Shown piece by piece: positions 49,915 to 59,409 of a stretch of DNA of 64,000 bases. The stretch's first letter is position 1. Each line of letters starts with the position of its first letter. The notes beneath the pieces were generated by a model that did not search any database, was not told where the DNA came from, and worked only from the letters and a program-made list of their open reading frames with translations. Both the position numbers and the translations under genes were made by a program. Origin of the DNA: Eubacteriales bacterium (lineage in GTDB: Bacteria > Bacillota > Clostridia > Oscillospirales > QAMX01). Where the stretch lies: positions 58,720-122,719 of the forward strand of contig JAZUCL010000011.1 of NCBI GenBank assembly GCA_045639125.1, read 5' to 3'.

Positions 49915-50076
49915 ATGTCAAGTTGGGAGAAGCATCCGACGAAACAAACCCCAGAGGACAAGAACAAAAGACGGGACCCGTGGGAGAAAAAGTCGCCCAC
50001 CGAAAAGGCAGCACTTCAGACGACGTTGCGGGAAGAATTAACGAAATATTACGAAAAGCGTATGCGAAGAATCTAA
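49915..50076 (+). CDS. Overprinted small ORF (53 aa)
   Basis: AGGAGG SD, ATG at 49915, upstream TTGAAA-17-TATACT at 49801-49829; different frame from the large ORF. Confidence 0.5.
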   Translation: MSSWEKHPTKQTPEDKNKRRDPWEKKSPTEKAALQTTLREELTKYYEKRMRRI

Positions 50077-51954
50077 ACAAAACATCTGACAAGACATCAC
50101 GAACAGAGAAAAAGGAGTCACGAGACGCTTTCGAAGAACGTGCCCGTAACGATGACTATATGTACATCGAGGTCATGGGCGGGCGAGCAGCAACGGCGTT
50201 TAAGTATGCTGATGAAGCAAATTGGAATAAAAACGCCAAAACTGCTGAGCGGGAACTCTCTGCCTTGGGGTTTGACGTAATCGTGTTTTCTGGAGAACTG
50301 CGTCGCAACATGAACGGCATAACCGAGGAATCCACAGAAGGAACAACCATGCGAGGCGTTGGCTCTGTTACGATTTTTATCTCTGCAAACCTCGATATAG
50401 ATGGCTTGGAGACCACTTTCCACGAGGCGTTTCACGCGGCTAAACGCGGTCTGCATACCGCAAAGTATTACAATGCATTGTCTGCTGCTATTGCAGACGG
50501 GGTAAATGTTGATTCTGAGGCTTTTGAAAATTTCGTTTCTGCCATAGCAGATGCCTATTCGTATGCTGTGCGAGAGGTATCTCTTAAAAGATTTTCCGAG
50601 GAAGTCACAGAGGAATTCTATGCATGGTATATTGGCAAAAGCTACGCGACCGACGGTGGAGTTATGCGTATATACATGGACGAATTTTCCAACGTTGATG
50701 CTGTGAAAACTAATCTTGATACGATATTCTCAAAAATGGAGGGCGAAAGCAATCCTCACGAAAGAAAAACAATCACTTCACAGAAGATAAAGCCTAACTA
50801 CGGAGAGAACGGAATGAAAACGTTCAAATCTCTTGCGGAGGAGAATCCTGATATGGATCATAGCGAACTTGTGGCTCGTTTCGATGCTCCGTATCAGGCA
50901 GGTTTAACGGGAGTGGAGAGACGGCGTATTGAGTTGTTGAACGATTTCCAAGTTGACGCATACGAAGCGGGTCGTTTGGACTATTTCGTTGCACAGGCGA
51001 AAGATGCACAACATAAACCTTCTACTATCTTAAAGGATAACATTAGTTCAAATAATATTGCAGACAGTTTTGGCATTACTAATATCAATGACTATGTTGG
51101 CGTACAAAAGGCAGTGATAAAAACCTTAAAAGAGGAAGGGTTTTTCCAAAAAGAGGGGGAACACTTCTTTGTAGCTGTGTCTACCGCCGACGGGCTGACC
51201 GTGGAAATTACTCCAAAAGGCATTAAAGAAACCTTAGGATCGGAGGAACGGTTTGAGTTTCTTGGCGTTAATATGAAGAAAAAGAAACTTGCGATAATCC
51301 GACAGCTGCCTGACCTACTGAGAAAAGCCAAGGTTGTTTCTGACGACAACTCCAATTATCATAATCCCAAAAGCAAAGCACAGTACACCTACATGAAAAC
51401 AGAAACGCAGATTGACGGCGATGCTTGTACTGTTAGGCTTGTAATACGTAATTCTCCTCAAAAGAACCTCTTTTGGATACATTATGTTGATATAAAAAAA
51501 CAAGATCATCCGAACAATCCGTTGAGCGATAACAAAATCGAGTCGAACGGTAACAGGACTGATGACCTTGCTGACACTACTATATCACAGGAATCTTCGT
51601 CTGTCTCTATTCAAAACGACCAAAAAACAATCTCCCCACAAATGCAAATTGCTACAAAAGTGCTACGTTACGTTTCAGAGGGGCAAGATTTTACCTCTGA
51701 CCGTCTATTCAAGATTGCCGATGCTGCCAGTGGCGGCTCCATACGCAAAGAACAAAATAGCGGAGCCACAGGAGTAGATAATCGCGGGAAATCTGTTTCA
51801 ATTCTGCAGACAAAGCATAATTACGGAGAGATAAGCGAAGAAAGCAACGTCCCAATCTATGAAACTTTGGATACGCAAAGAAAAACAACCGCCTCAAACA
51901 TTGAAAACGTAAACGACGGTAAACCTTTGATTTATGCACAGGAGGTAGCAACAA

Positions 51955-52173
51955 ATGAAGTCGTGGAAAGACAAAATGACGGAAATAATGAATATCAAAG
52001 ACCCGAACAAAGCGTTAATCGAAATGACGATGCTGGTAAACAGTCAGAAACTTGGGCTGACGGTTCTGGAGAAAGCCATATCCGAGTACAAGAAGAAGCA
52101 CGGAGTGTCTCAAGACGAGATGATGTTCGATCAGAACGGAGAGAGAGTGCTGAAAGCGGAAATGTTTCAATAA
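51955..52173 (+). CDS. Overprinted small ORF (72 aa)
   Basis: AGGAGGT SD at canonical spacing; helical protein-like composition. Confidence 0.55.
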   Translation: MKSWKDKMTEIMNIKDPNKALIEMTMLVNSQKLGLTVLEKAISEYKKKHGVSQDEMMFDQNGERVLKAEMFQ

Positions 52174-52358
52174 CCGATGATGGACTTAACCCTGTTGACA
52201 AACAGAACGTAGCAGCACTCGACGAGAGAATGCGGAAAGTGCTATTAAGACTCTTGAGCAGTTGAGAGACGAGTTTGAGCAGGCTATCGGTGAGGGTTTC
52301 CGAGTGGTTAAGCAAGCACGAGAGAATACGGAGACTACTTCCACCACGGAAACGGCAC

Positions 52359-52386
52359 AAAAAAACACCGGCCTTACGGACGGTGT
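52359..52386 (-). terminator. Antisense intrinsic terminator inside the polyvalent ORF
   Basis: Minus strand ACACCGTCCGTAAGGCCGGTGTTTTTTT. Confidence 0.65.
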
Positions 52387-53570
52387 GAAAATGTCTGCAA
52401 AAGAGAATCGGCAGGGCAACAATCCCTTTAGAACGGTGTTTGCAAAATTAGGACTCGATAAACTGAGCGAAAAACTTGGAGACCTTTTCCCCTTGTCCGC
52501 CAATTTTGAGACGGCCATTAGTAAAGACAATACCTCGTTGAGTAACATAACCATTTCTGCACACAGTACAAATAGGAACACCAGCGAAAGTTACTATTCC
52601 GCAACAAGAAGAGCAATTCGTGAGAATTTCCCGAAAGGATCTAAAATCGCAATTGAACAGGTCGGCGTTGATGCGGGAATAAATTTGAAATTTGCAGACG
52701 AAAGCATATCAAAAGCCTCCACAGGAACAGAAAAACAGATAATTCTTGATATTATTCCATATGTGAAGGACTTGCTTCCTCATAGTAGATTGTTGGCGGT
52801 AGAGAAAGTTCGACACACAGACAACAAAAAAACGTCTCTATTTTGCTACAGGCTTTACAACGCATATAACAGAATAGAGACGGATGTGTCAAATAATATA
52901 GTCAAGCGGCAACATGCTGTAGTATTTACTGTTGTACAAAACTTGGATGCTGCAGATGCATATCTGGTGACAGACATTAGGAGCATTGCCCCAGATAGTG
53001 GCCACACTGCTAATAATAGCAGGTCCACGCGCATCCAAAGCAATGCTCCTGTAGCTACTATAGCAGAACTATATAAAATTGTCAAGAAAATTCCACGCAA
53101 GAATGGCGGTCTTCTGTATTCAGATAGTCAGAAGCGGGAATATCTGTTTGATTATTCAGAGACAAACGATGGCAAAAAATACAGTTTGAAAGCAGACGAG
53201 GTGAAGCAGGATATTTCTACCACAAATACGAAAGCGAAGCAGAACGCAGATACAAATTCTACCCAGAATCTTGAAATAGAGACAAATGAGGGCTATAATA
53301 GATCTGTGAAACGTTTGCCGAAATGGCATACCGACTTAAGCAAAACACAGATTAAAGAAGTAGAAAAGTGGCTTCGTCAAGCGGGTAATCCCGAACACAC
53401 AAGAATTACCGATACTGTCAACTGGTATAAAGGCAGAATTGACGGAAAAGACTTATTTGTTATCTATAGCACGGAAGCACCCGATAACCCTACTATTTTA
53501 TATGAGGTAAAAGGCGAAAACGCTATTATTGAACGAGATATTTTATTGGATTTATTGGAGGATGAAGAAA

Positions 53571-53798
53571 ATGTCAAGAGTGTTGACGGAAAACCAAGTT
53601 TTGCTCAAAGGGTATCTGAAGGAAGTTGGATGCAAAATGTCAACGATAGTCAGCATAATTTTCGAGACTTGGGACGCGGACGCAACAATCAAAATGTTGG
53701 AGTTTTGCCGGGACAATCCCAACGCAACGGAAGCCGAGCTTTCCGCAGCGTCGTCGAGAATATCTTCGGAAAAGCGGAACGAGAGGGAAACTCACTAA
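53571..53798 (+). CDS. Overprinted small ORF (75 aa), candidate immunity protein
   Basis: GGAGG SD at 53557-53561, ATG at 53571; promoter TTGAAA-17-TATAAT at 53271-53299. Confidence 0.55.
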   Translation: MSRVLTENQVLLKGYLKEVGCKMSTIVSIIFETWDADATIKMLEFCRDNPNATEAELSAASSRISSEKRNERETH

Positions 53799-54837
53799 AT
53801 GTCAAGTACAACGTAAAACCGCAGGATAATTCTTCATCAAATACGAACACGAAGCAGAACGCACAAGAGGGAACAAAGAATATCTTAAATTTCGACTACA
53901 ACGAATTGGTATCAAAGCCGGATATGCCACTTGCAGAGATTGATGACAGCGTGAAGTATGACATCAACAAGCAGACTCGCAAAAACATTGTTCGCACTGC
54001 AATTAAAAATGCCGCAGCGATTGGCGATACCAATTCAAGCGGCGGTGTGTCGGTGTTTGTTCGAGATATTGATACTGACGTTATTCTTTCCACGCACGGA
54101 TTACAGCATGGTCTCGACAGGCGTTTGCAGAACAATGCTGCGGTGGTCATCAATGCCGGAAAAATCATGCAAAATGCAATTCGTATTAACAAACTTACTC
54201 CGAAGAGTGAGAATGTGGCAGACAGTTACGTCCTTTTAGGTGCAGCGAAGGGGAAAAGTGGAAACCTGTATATAGTTGAATTTGTTGTCAATAGTTTTGA
54301 CAATTCTGTTGCCTCGGTTGACGTGCTCTACTCTGTAAACGCAAAAAAAGAATCGGCTGTGCTCAATGCACCTGCGATTACGGAAAGTCCGCTACGCATT
54401 ACCGATTCTACTATCAGTATAGCACAATTATTGGATATGTCAAGGAGAAGTTTCCCTGACGTTCTTCCGGAAAGTGTGCTGCGACATTTTGACTATGATA
54501 GAAGACCAGGCGGAGCCATCGGTGAGTCGGCTCTATACTCTCTCAAGGAAGATAAAGACTTTCAGCGCAAGTACGAAAGACTGCTTGAGATAAATCAATC
54601 CCTCAGAGAGCAGTTTAAGATTACCAAGTTTGCGAAGGCTGACAAGAAGGCACTCGACGCATTTACTAAGAAACTGCTTAAAGATAATTTCAACGATCAA
54701 GACACCGACATAAAGGACGCTATTGCCGAACTGTTTGAGTATATGGCAAACGGCGAGGACGGGCAACCGCCTATATTTTCCATTTTTAAGTTGTCGAATG
54801 GTGTCGTAAAGATTTATCCCCTTAACAAACTTTATTC

Positions 54838-54866
54838 TTTACATTTGTATTTTATAATGGTATACT
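54838..54866 (+). promoter_or_regulatory. Sigma-A promoter of tRNA-Arg
   Basis: TTTACA-17-TATACT with extended -10 TG. Confidence 0.7.
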
Positions 54867-54878
54867 GTATCTGTAAAC

Positions 54879-54954
54879 GCTCCCGTGGCTTAATGGATAG
54901 AGCACCAGATTCCGGTTCTGGCGGTTGGGGGTTCGAGTCCCTTCGGGTGCGCCA
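54879..54954 (+). tRNA. tRNA-Arg(CCG)
   Basis: Anticodon arm CCAGA-TTCCGGT-TCTGG, GTTCGA and CCA; acceptor GCTCCCG/CGGGTGC has one mismatch. Confidence 0.93.
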
Positions 54955-54956
54955 TG

Positions 54957-55038
54957 AAAAAAGTCTCTTTTGTCCACTGACAGAAGAGACTTTTTTGTGC
55001 AACAAAAACTCCCAAAACCTGTGTTTTGGGAGTTTTTT
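54957..55038. terminator. Two adjacent terminator hairpins (tRNA-Arg and convergent GH13 gene)
   Basis: AAAAAAGTCTCTT/AAGAGACTTTTTT and AAAAACTCCCAAAAC/GTTTTGGGAGTTTTT. Confidence 0.85.
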
Positions 55039-55039
55039 A

Positions 55040-56926
55040 CTATCCTTTTACAAATGCCGCCTGCATGGAATCAAGGCAGTCTCCAATTTCCTTTCCTGTG
55101 AGTAAATCCACACCATGTAAAGAAAATGGAATTTTGCGGTTTTCTGCCCCTCTATTTATAATAACAGTTACAGTTTCTGTTTCTGTCTGCCTCTTATATG
55201 CAAGTACGTCACCAAGAGCATATATAAATTTAATCGTTCCGCTACGCAAAGCATCACTTTCATTATACACATTACAGATACGCTGATACCAAGACAGTAT
55301 CTCCCAATCTTCTCTGCCCCATGGATAACACATACGGCAAAACGGATCTTCAAAACCCTCCATGCCTGCCTCGTCACCATAGTATATTGTCGGTGAGCCC
55401 GGAAATGAAAACTGAATTGCCGTTGCAAGACGCAAAAGGGCCTTACCCCTCTGACGCTCCGTGTCGTTTAATCGGTATACGGCACGGCCATCTCTTCCGA
55501 GGCTGTGTGCATCTCCCATAAATCCCAGAGATGTCAAAATACGCACCGTATCGTGTGTACCGACAATGTTCATTAGACTATTTAATACTTGTGTCGGATA
55601 ATTTGAAACAATTGACTCCATTGCAGTTCGAAATGCAAGTGCATCACCACCACGCAAATATGAAAGAATGGCATCTCTCAGAGGATAGTTCATAACGCCG
55701 TCAAGTTCAAATCCGCCAAAGTACTCACGAGTCTTAGAGTATGCTACCTTGTTAGATGCATCTTCCCACACTTCCCCAATAATAACTGCATCGGGATTCT
55801 CCTCTTTTACTGCCTGTCGCAGTTTACGGATAAACTCATCAGGAAGTTCGTCTGCAACATCAAGACGCCAGCCTGACGCTCCAAGACGTATCCATTTTCT
55901 AACTATACTTTCACAACCTGTAACGATATAGTCAAGATACGATGGTTCCATTTCCTTTACCGCAGGCAAAATCGAGATACCCCACCAAGACTCATATTTA
56001 TCCGGATACTCCGTAAATGTATACCACGGATAATATTGGCTTTCATTACTTTGATATGCTCCCACACAGTCGTAATTTCCAAACTTATTAAAGTAGATAC
56101 TGTCTGCTCCTGTATGTGAGAAAACGCCATCTAATATGATACGTATACCTCGCTTTTTAGCCTTTTCACAAAGAGATACAAATTGCTTCTCTGTACCAAA
56201 CATAGGGTCAATGTTCTCGTAATTTGCTGTATCGTATCTATGGTTAGATGCCGCCTCAAAAATGGGGTTTAGGTAGATTGTGCGAACACCCAAATTTGAA
56301 AGATAGTCCAACTTATCAATTATACCTCTGATGTTTCCGCCGTAAAAGTCGTTATTAGGCAAAAAATTGTCATATAGCGGCTTATACTCAGGTAAATCAT
56401 ACCAATCTTCATGTACTACCCGCTCCGCCTTACAGCCGTGCTTTCTCGGCAGATGGCTTCGTGAAAATCTGTCAGGGAATATTTGATACGTTATTCCCTC
56501 GCCGTACCATTTTGGTACAGTAAATGACTTGTCATATACTGTAACTTGCCACATTGGAGGAATTTCATTGTAAATGCCTCCCGTAATATGCGGATTTTCA
56601 ATTGTAGGCAACATTTTACCATACCAATAGGGTTCTCCTCCGTCACGACGCAATCTGAAACAGTAAAACATCGGGCCTGTCCGTGACTCATCGGCAAAAT
56701 AAGTCGCAGTAAATCGGTCATATTCTCCGCACGACTGACGTGACATTGGCATATCAAAATTTGTATCGTTAAATGAAATTTGTAAGTATGCCTCACACAC
56801 TTCATACTGGCTTGGTACATCTATATTAAGCGTAAGTTTTGTTTCAGTCGGTATTGCACCGACAGGACAGCGATATTCAATGTCTTGTGGGTTATGTTTT
56901 GGATAATCCATTGTTATACCTCGCAA
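55040..56926 (-). CDS. GH13 neopullulanase/amylopullulanase-type glycogen-degrading enzyme
   Basis: YQIFPDRF, DGVFSH, GWRLDVA, GEVWE, THD. Confidence 0.92.
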   Translation of the reverse strand: MRGITMDYPKHNPQDIEYRCPVGAIPTETKLTLNIDVPSQYEVCEAYLQISFNDTNFDMPMSRQSCGEYDRFTATYFADESRTGPMFYCFRLRRDGGEPYWYGKMLPTIENPHITGGIYNEIPPMWQVTVYDKSFTVPKWYGEGITYQIFPDRFSRSHLPRKHGCKAERVVHEDWYDLPEYKPLYDNFLPNNDFYGGNIRGIIDKLDYLSNLGVRTIYLNPIFEAASNHRYDTANYENIDPMFGTEKQFVSLCEKAKKRGIRIILDGVFSHTGADSIYFNKFGNYDCVGAYQSNESQYYPWYTFTEYPDKYESWWGISILPAVKEMEPSYLDYIVTGCESIVRKWIRLGASGWRLDVADELPDEFIRKLRQAVKEENPDAVIIGEVWEDASNKVAYSKTREYFGGFELDGVMNYPLRDAILSYLRGGDALAFRTAMESIVSNYPTQVLNSLMNIVGTHDTVRILTSLGFMGDAHSLGRDGRAVYRLNDTERQRGKALLRLATAIQFSFPGSPTIYYGDEAGMEGFEDPFCRMCYPWGREDWEILSWYQRICNVYNESDALRSGTIKFIYALGDVLAYKRQTETETVTVIINRGAENRKIPFSLHGVDLLTGKEIGDCLDSMQAAFVKG

Positions 56927-56976
56927 TTAAAATTTATGAAACTGCGAAGTGCAAATGTTGCACTTCGCAGTTTTTG

Positions 56977-59409
56977 CTATGCATTGTAGTTTGTAGATAC
57001 GTTCCATATCTTCTTTGCGTACTCATCAATAGCACGGTCAGCAGCAAATCGTCCTGCTCCTGAAATATTGATAGCAGACATTTTATTCCACTTACTTCTG
57101 TCACGATAGCACTCGCTCGCTTGACTTTGTGCAACACAATAACTTTCAAAGTCTGCAAGAAGCATATACGTATCAGGATTATCACCAAGAAGCAAGCCGG
57201 ATACAAGTTCTTGATAGCATACACCGTCGTCAAAACCGTGACTAATTAAGTCAAGAACCGCCCTTAAACGTGGATTTGAGGCGTAAATCATTGACGGATT
57301 ATAATATGGACGAAGTTCATTCACTTCATGTGCTTTCAATCCAAACAGGAAAATATTGTCGTCTCCGACAGCCTCATGAATTTCTACATTTGCTCCGTCA
57401 AGAGTTCCCATAGTTAATGCACCATTTATCATAAACTTCATATTACCTGTACCGCTTGCCTCTTTACCGGCAACGCTTATCTGTTCAGACAACTCGGCGG
57501 CAGGCATTATAATTTCTGCCAACGACACACGATAGTTTTCCAAGAATACAACACGAAGTTTATCTCGTACAGCCTCGTCCTTTTCTATAAACGATGCAAC
57601 AGAACATATAAGTTGAATAATCTTCTTCGCCGTATAATAGCCCGGAAACGCTTTTGCACCAAACAGGAAAGTCTTTGGTACAAAGTCCATATTGGGGTGT
57701 TCTTTGATAGTCAAATAGCAATCAAGAATTTGAAGTACATTGAGTAACTGACGTTTATACTCATGGAGTCGCTTTACTTGTACATCAAAAATTGAAGATG
57801 GATCTACTTTTATGCCGTTTGCCTTTTCAATATACTTTGAAAGGCGAAGTTTATTTTCGTGTTTAATCTCATCAAGACGCTTCTGTACGTTTTTGTCATC
57901 GGCATATCCTTTGAAGTCTGCAAGTTTAGACGGGATTTTCTTAAAGTCATCACCGATACAATCACATAAAAGGTCAGTCAGTTTTGGGTTTATCTCACAC
58001 AGCCAACGGCGGTGAGCGATACCATTTGTGACGTTTGTAAACTTACCAGGCATTAAACGATAATAGTCTGAAAATACATCGTCACGAATAATTGCACTGT
58101 GAAGTTCCGATACACCATTTACAGAGAAACTTGAAACGACTGACAAGTTAGCCATACGTACCATGTCATCGCATATAAGACTCAATTTACTTATCTTGCC
58201 AAAGTCACCTGGGTAAATTTCCCAGAGGTATCCGCAGAAACGCTGATTTATCTCGCACAATATGCTCCAAATACGAGGTAAATGCATTTCAAACAGACTT
58301 GCGGGCCATTGTTCAAGTGCCTCTGCAAGAATTGTGTGGTTTGTATATGCAACACATTGAGATACAATTTCCCACGCCTCTTCCCATGTATATCCTTCTT
58401 CATCAAGGAAAATTCGCATAAGTTCAGGCACTACCATTGCAGGATGGGTATCGTTTATCTGAATAACGTGCTTTTGAGCAAAGTTCTTCAAAGTACCATA
58501 CTGAGTACGATGTTTTGCTACAATGTCTTGTACTGTTGCTGATACAAAGAAATACTGCTGTTTTAATCGAAGTGATTTTCCCTCTAAATGCTTATCATCA
58601 GGATAAAGAATCTTTGAGATAACTTCTGCCATTGCATGCTGTTCCAACGCTTTAAGGTATTCACCACGAGAAAACAGTTTCATGTCAAGTTCCACAGGAG
58701 ATCTCGCACTCCAAAGACGGAGCGTACACACGTTGTCTGTATCATATCCACAGGCAAGCATATCGTATGGTACTGCAAGTACAGGAGTGTAGTCCTTATG
58801 AACAGCCACCATTCTTCCCGATTCCCAATGTTCCTCAATATGACCACCAAATTTAATCTCACGAACCTCGTCCATGTCAGGTATTAGCCACGCCTCACCA
58901 ACATCAAGCCAACTGTCAGGCAATTCAGTCTGCTGTCCATCAACAATCTTTTGTTTGAAAAGTCCATGCTCATATCGAATTGAGTAGCCGATTGCAGAAA
59001 TACCTAAACTTGCCATGGAGTCGATATAACAAGCGGCTAAACGGCCAAGACCGCCATTTCCAAGTCCAGCATCAGGTTCTGTTTCAAGTACATCTGTAAT
59101 ATTCACTCCGTACTCATAGAGTGCCTGTTCCATTACATCTTTAATGCCAAGATTATAGATATTATTCAGAAATGACCTACCCATAAGAAATTCAAGTGAC
59201 AGATAATGTACCTGACGCTCACTATTCTTCTCTACTCTGTTTTGGGTATCTACATACTTTGCTGACATTAAATCTCGTGCGACAAGGGCACACGCCTTGA
59301 ACAATTCGATTTTGCCTGCTTCTTTTACTTCACAACCAAAGTGACGGCGAAGTTTTTCGCCGATTGCCTGCTTCATTTCTTCTACTGACATTTGGTTTCC
59401 TTTTTTCAT
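56977..59409 (-). CDS. glgP: Glycogen phosphorylase
   Basis: GNGGLGRLA, NDTHP, KRLHEYKRQ, EASGTGNMK. Confidence 0.97.
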   Translation of the reverse strand: MKKGNQMSVEEMKQAIGEKLRRHFGCEVKEAGKIELFKACALVARDLMSAKYVDTQNRVEKNSERQVHYLSLEFLMGRSFLNNIYNLGIKDVMEQALYEYGVNITDVLETEPDAGLGNGGLGRLAACYIDSMASLGISAIGYSIRYEHGLFKQKIVDGQQTELPDSWLDVGEAWLIPDMDEVREIKFGGHIEEHWESGRMVAVHKDYTPVLAVPYDMLACGYDTDNVCTLRLWSARSPVELDMKLFSRGEYLKALEQHAMAEVISKILYPDDKHLEGKSLRLKQQYFFVSATVQDIVAKHRTQYGTLKNFAQKHVIQINDTHPAMVVPELMRIFLDEEGYTWEEAWEIVSQCVAYTNHTILAEALEQWPASLFEMHLPRIWSILCEINQRFCGYLWEIYPGDFGKISKLSLICDDMVRMANLSVVSSFSVNGVSELHSAIIRDDVFSDYYRLMPGKFTNVTNGIAHRRWLCEINPKLTDLLCDCIGDDFKKIPSKLADFKGYADDKNVQKRLDEIKHENKLRLSKYIEKANGIKVDPSSIFDVQVKRLHEYKRQLLNVLQILDCYLTIKEHPNMDFVPKTFLFGAKAFPGYYTAKKIIQLICSVASFIEKDEAVRDKLRVVFLENYRVSLAEIIMPAAELSEQISVAGKEASGTGNMKFMINGALTMGTLDGANVEIHEAVGDDNIFLFGLKAHEVNELRPYYNPSMIYASNPRLRAVLDLISHGFDDGVCYQELVSGLLLGDNPDTYMLLADFESYCVAQSQASECYRDRSKWNKMSAINISGAGRFAADRAIDEYAKKIWNVSTNYNA

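Larger units (their letters stand above)
49752..54780 (+). pseudogene. Fragment of a large polyvalent protein gene (phage/conjugative element origin), split into ORFs 49878..52265 and 52262..55105
   Basis: Zincin HEAFH domain, three LPD3/BECR-like domains and KYSLK-type linkers. No proper start (frame opens inside the tRNA terminator), frameshift near GAGAGA at 52224-52229, and the 3' end runs into the tRNA-Arg promoter. Confidence 0.75.

Noticed and set aside
54780-55105. C-terminal part of the 947-aa ORF
   Set aside because: It runs across the tRNA-Arg promoter, tRNA and terminators; read-through of a truncated gene.
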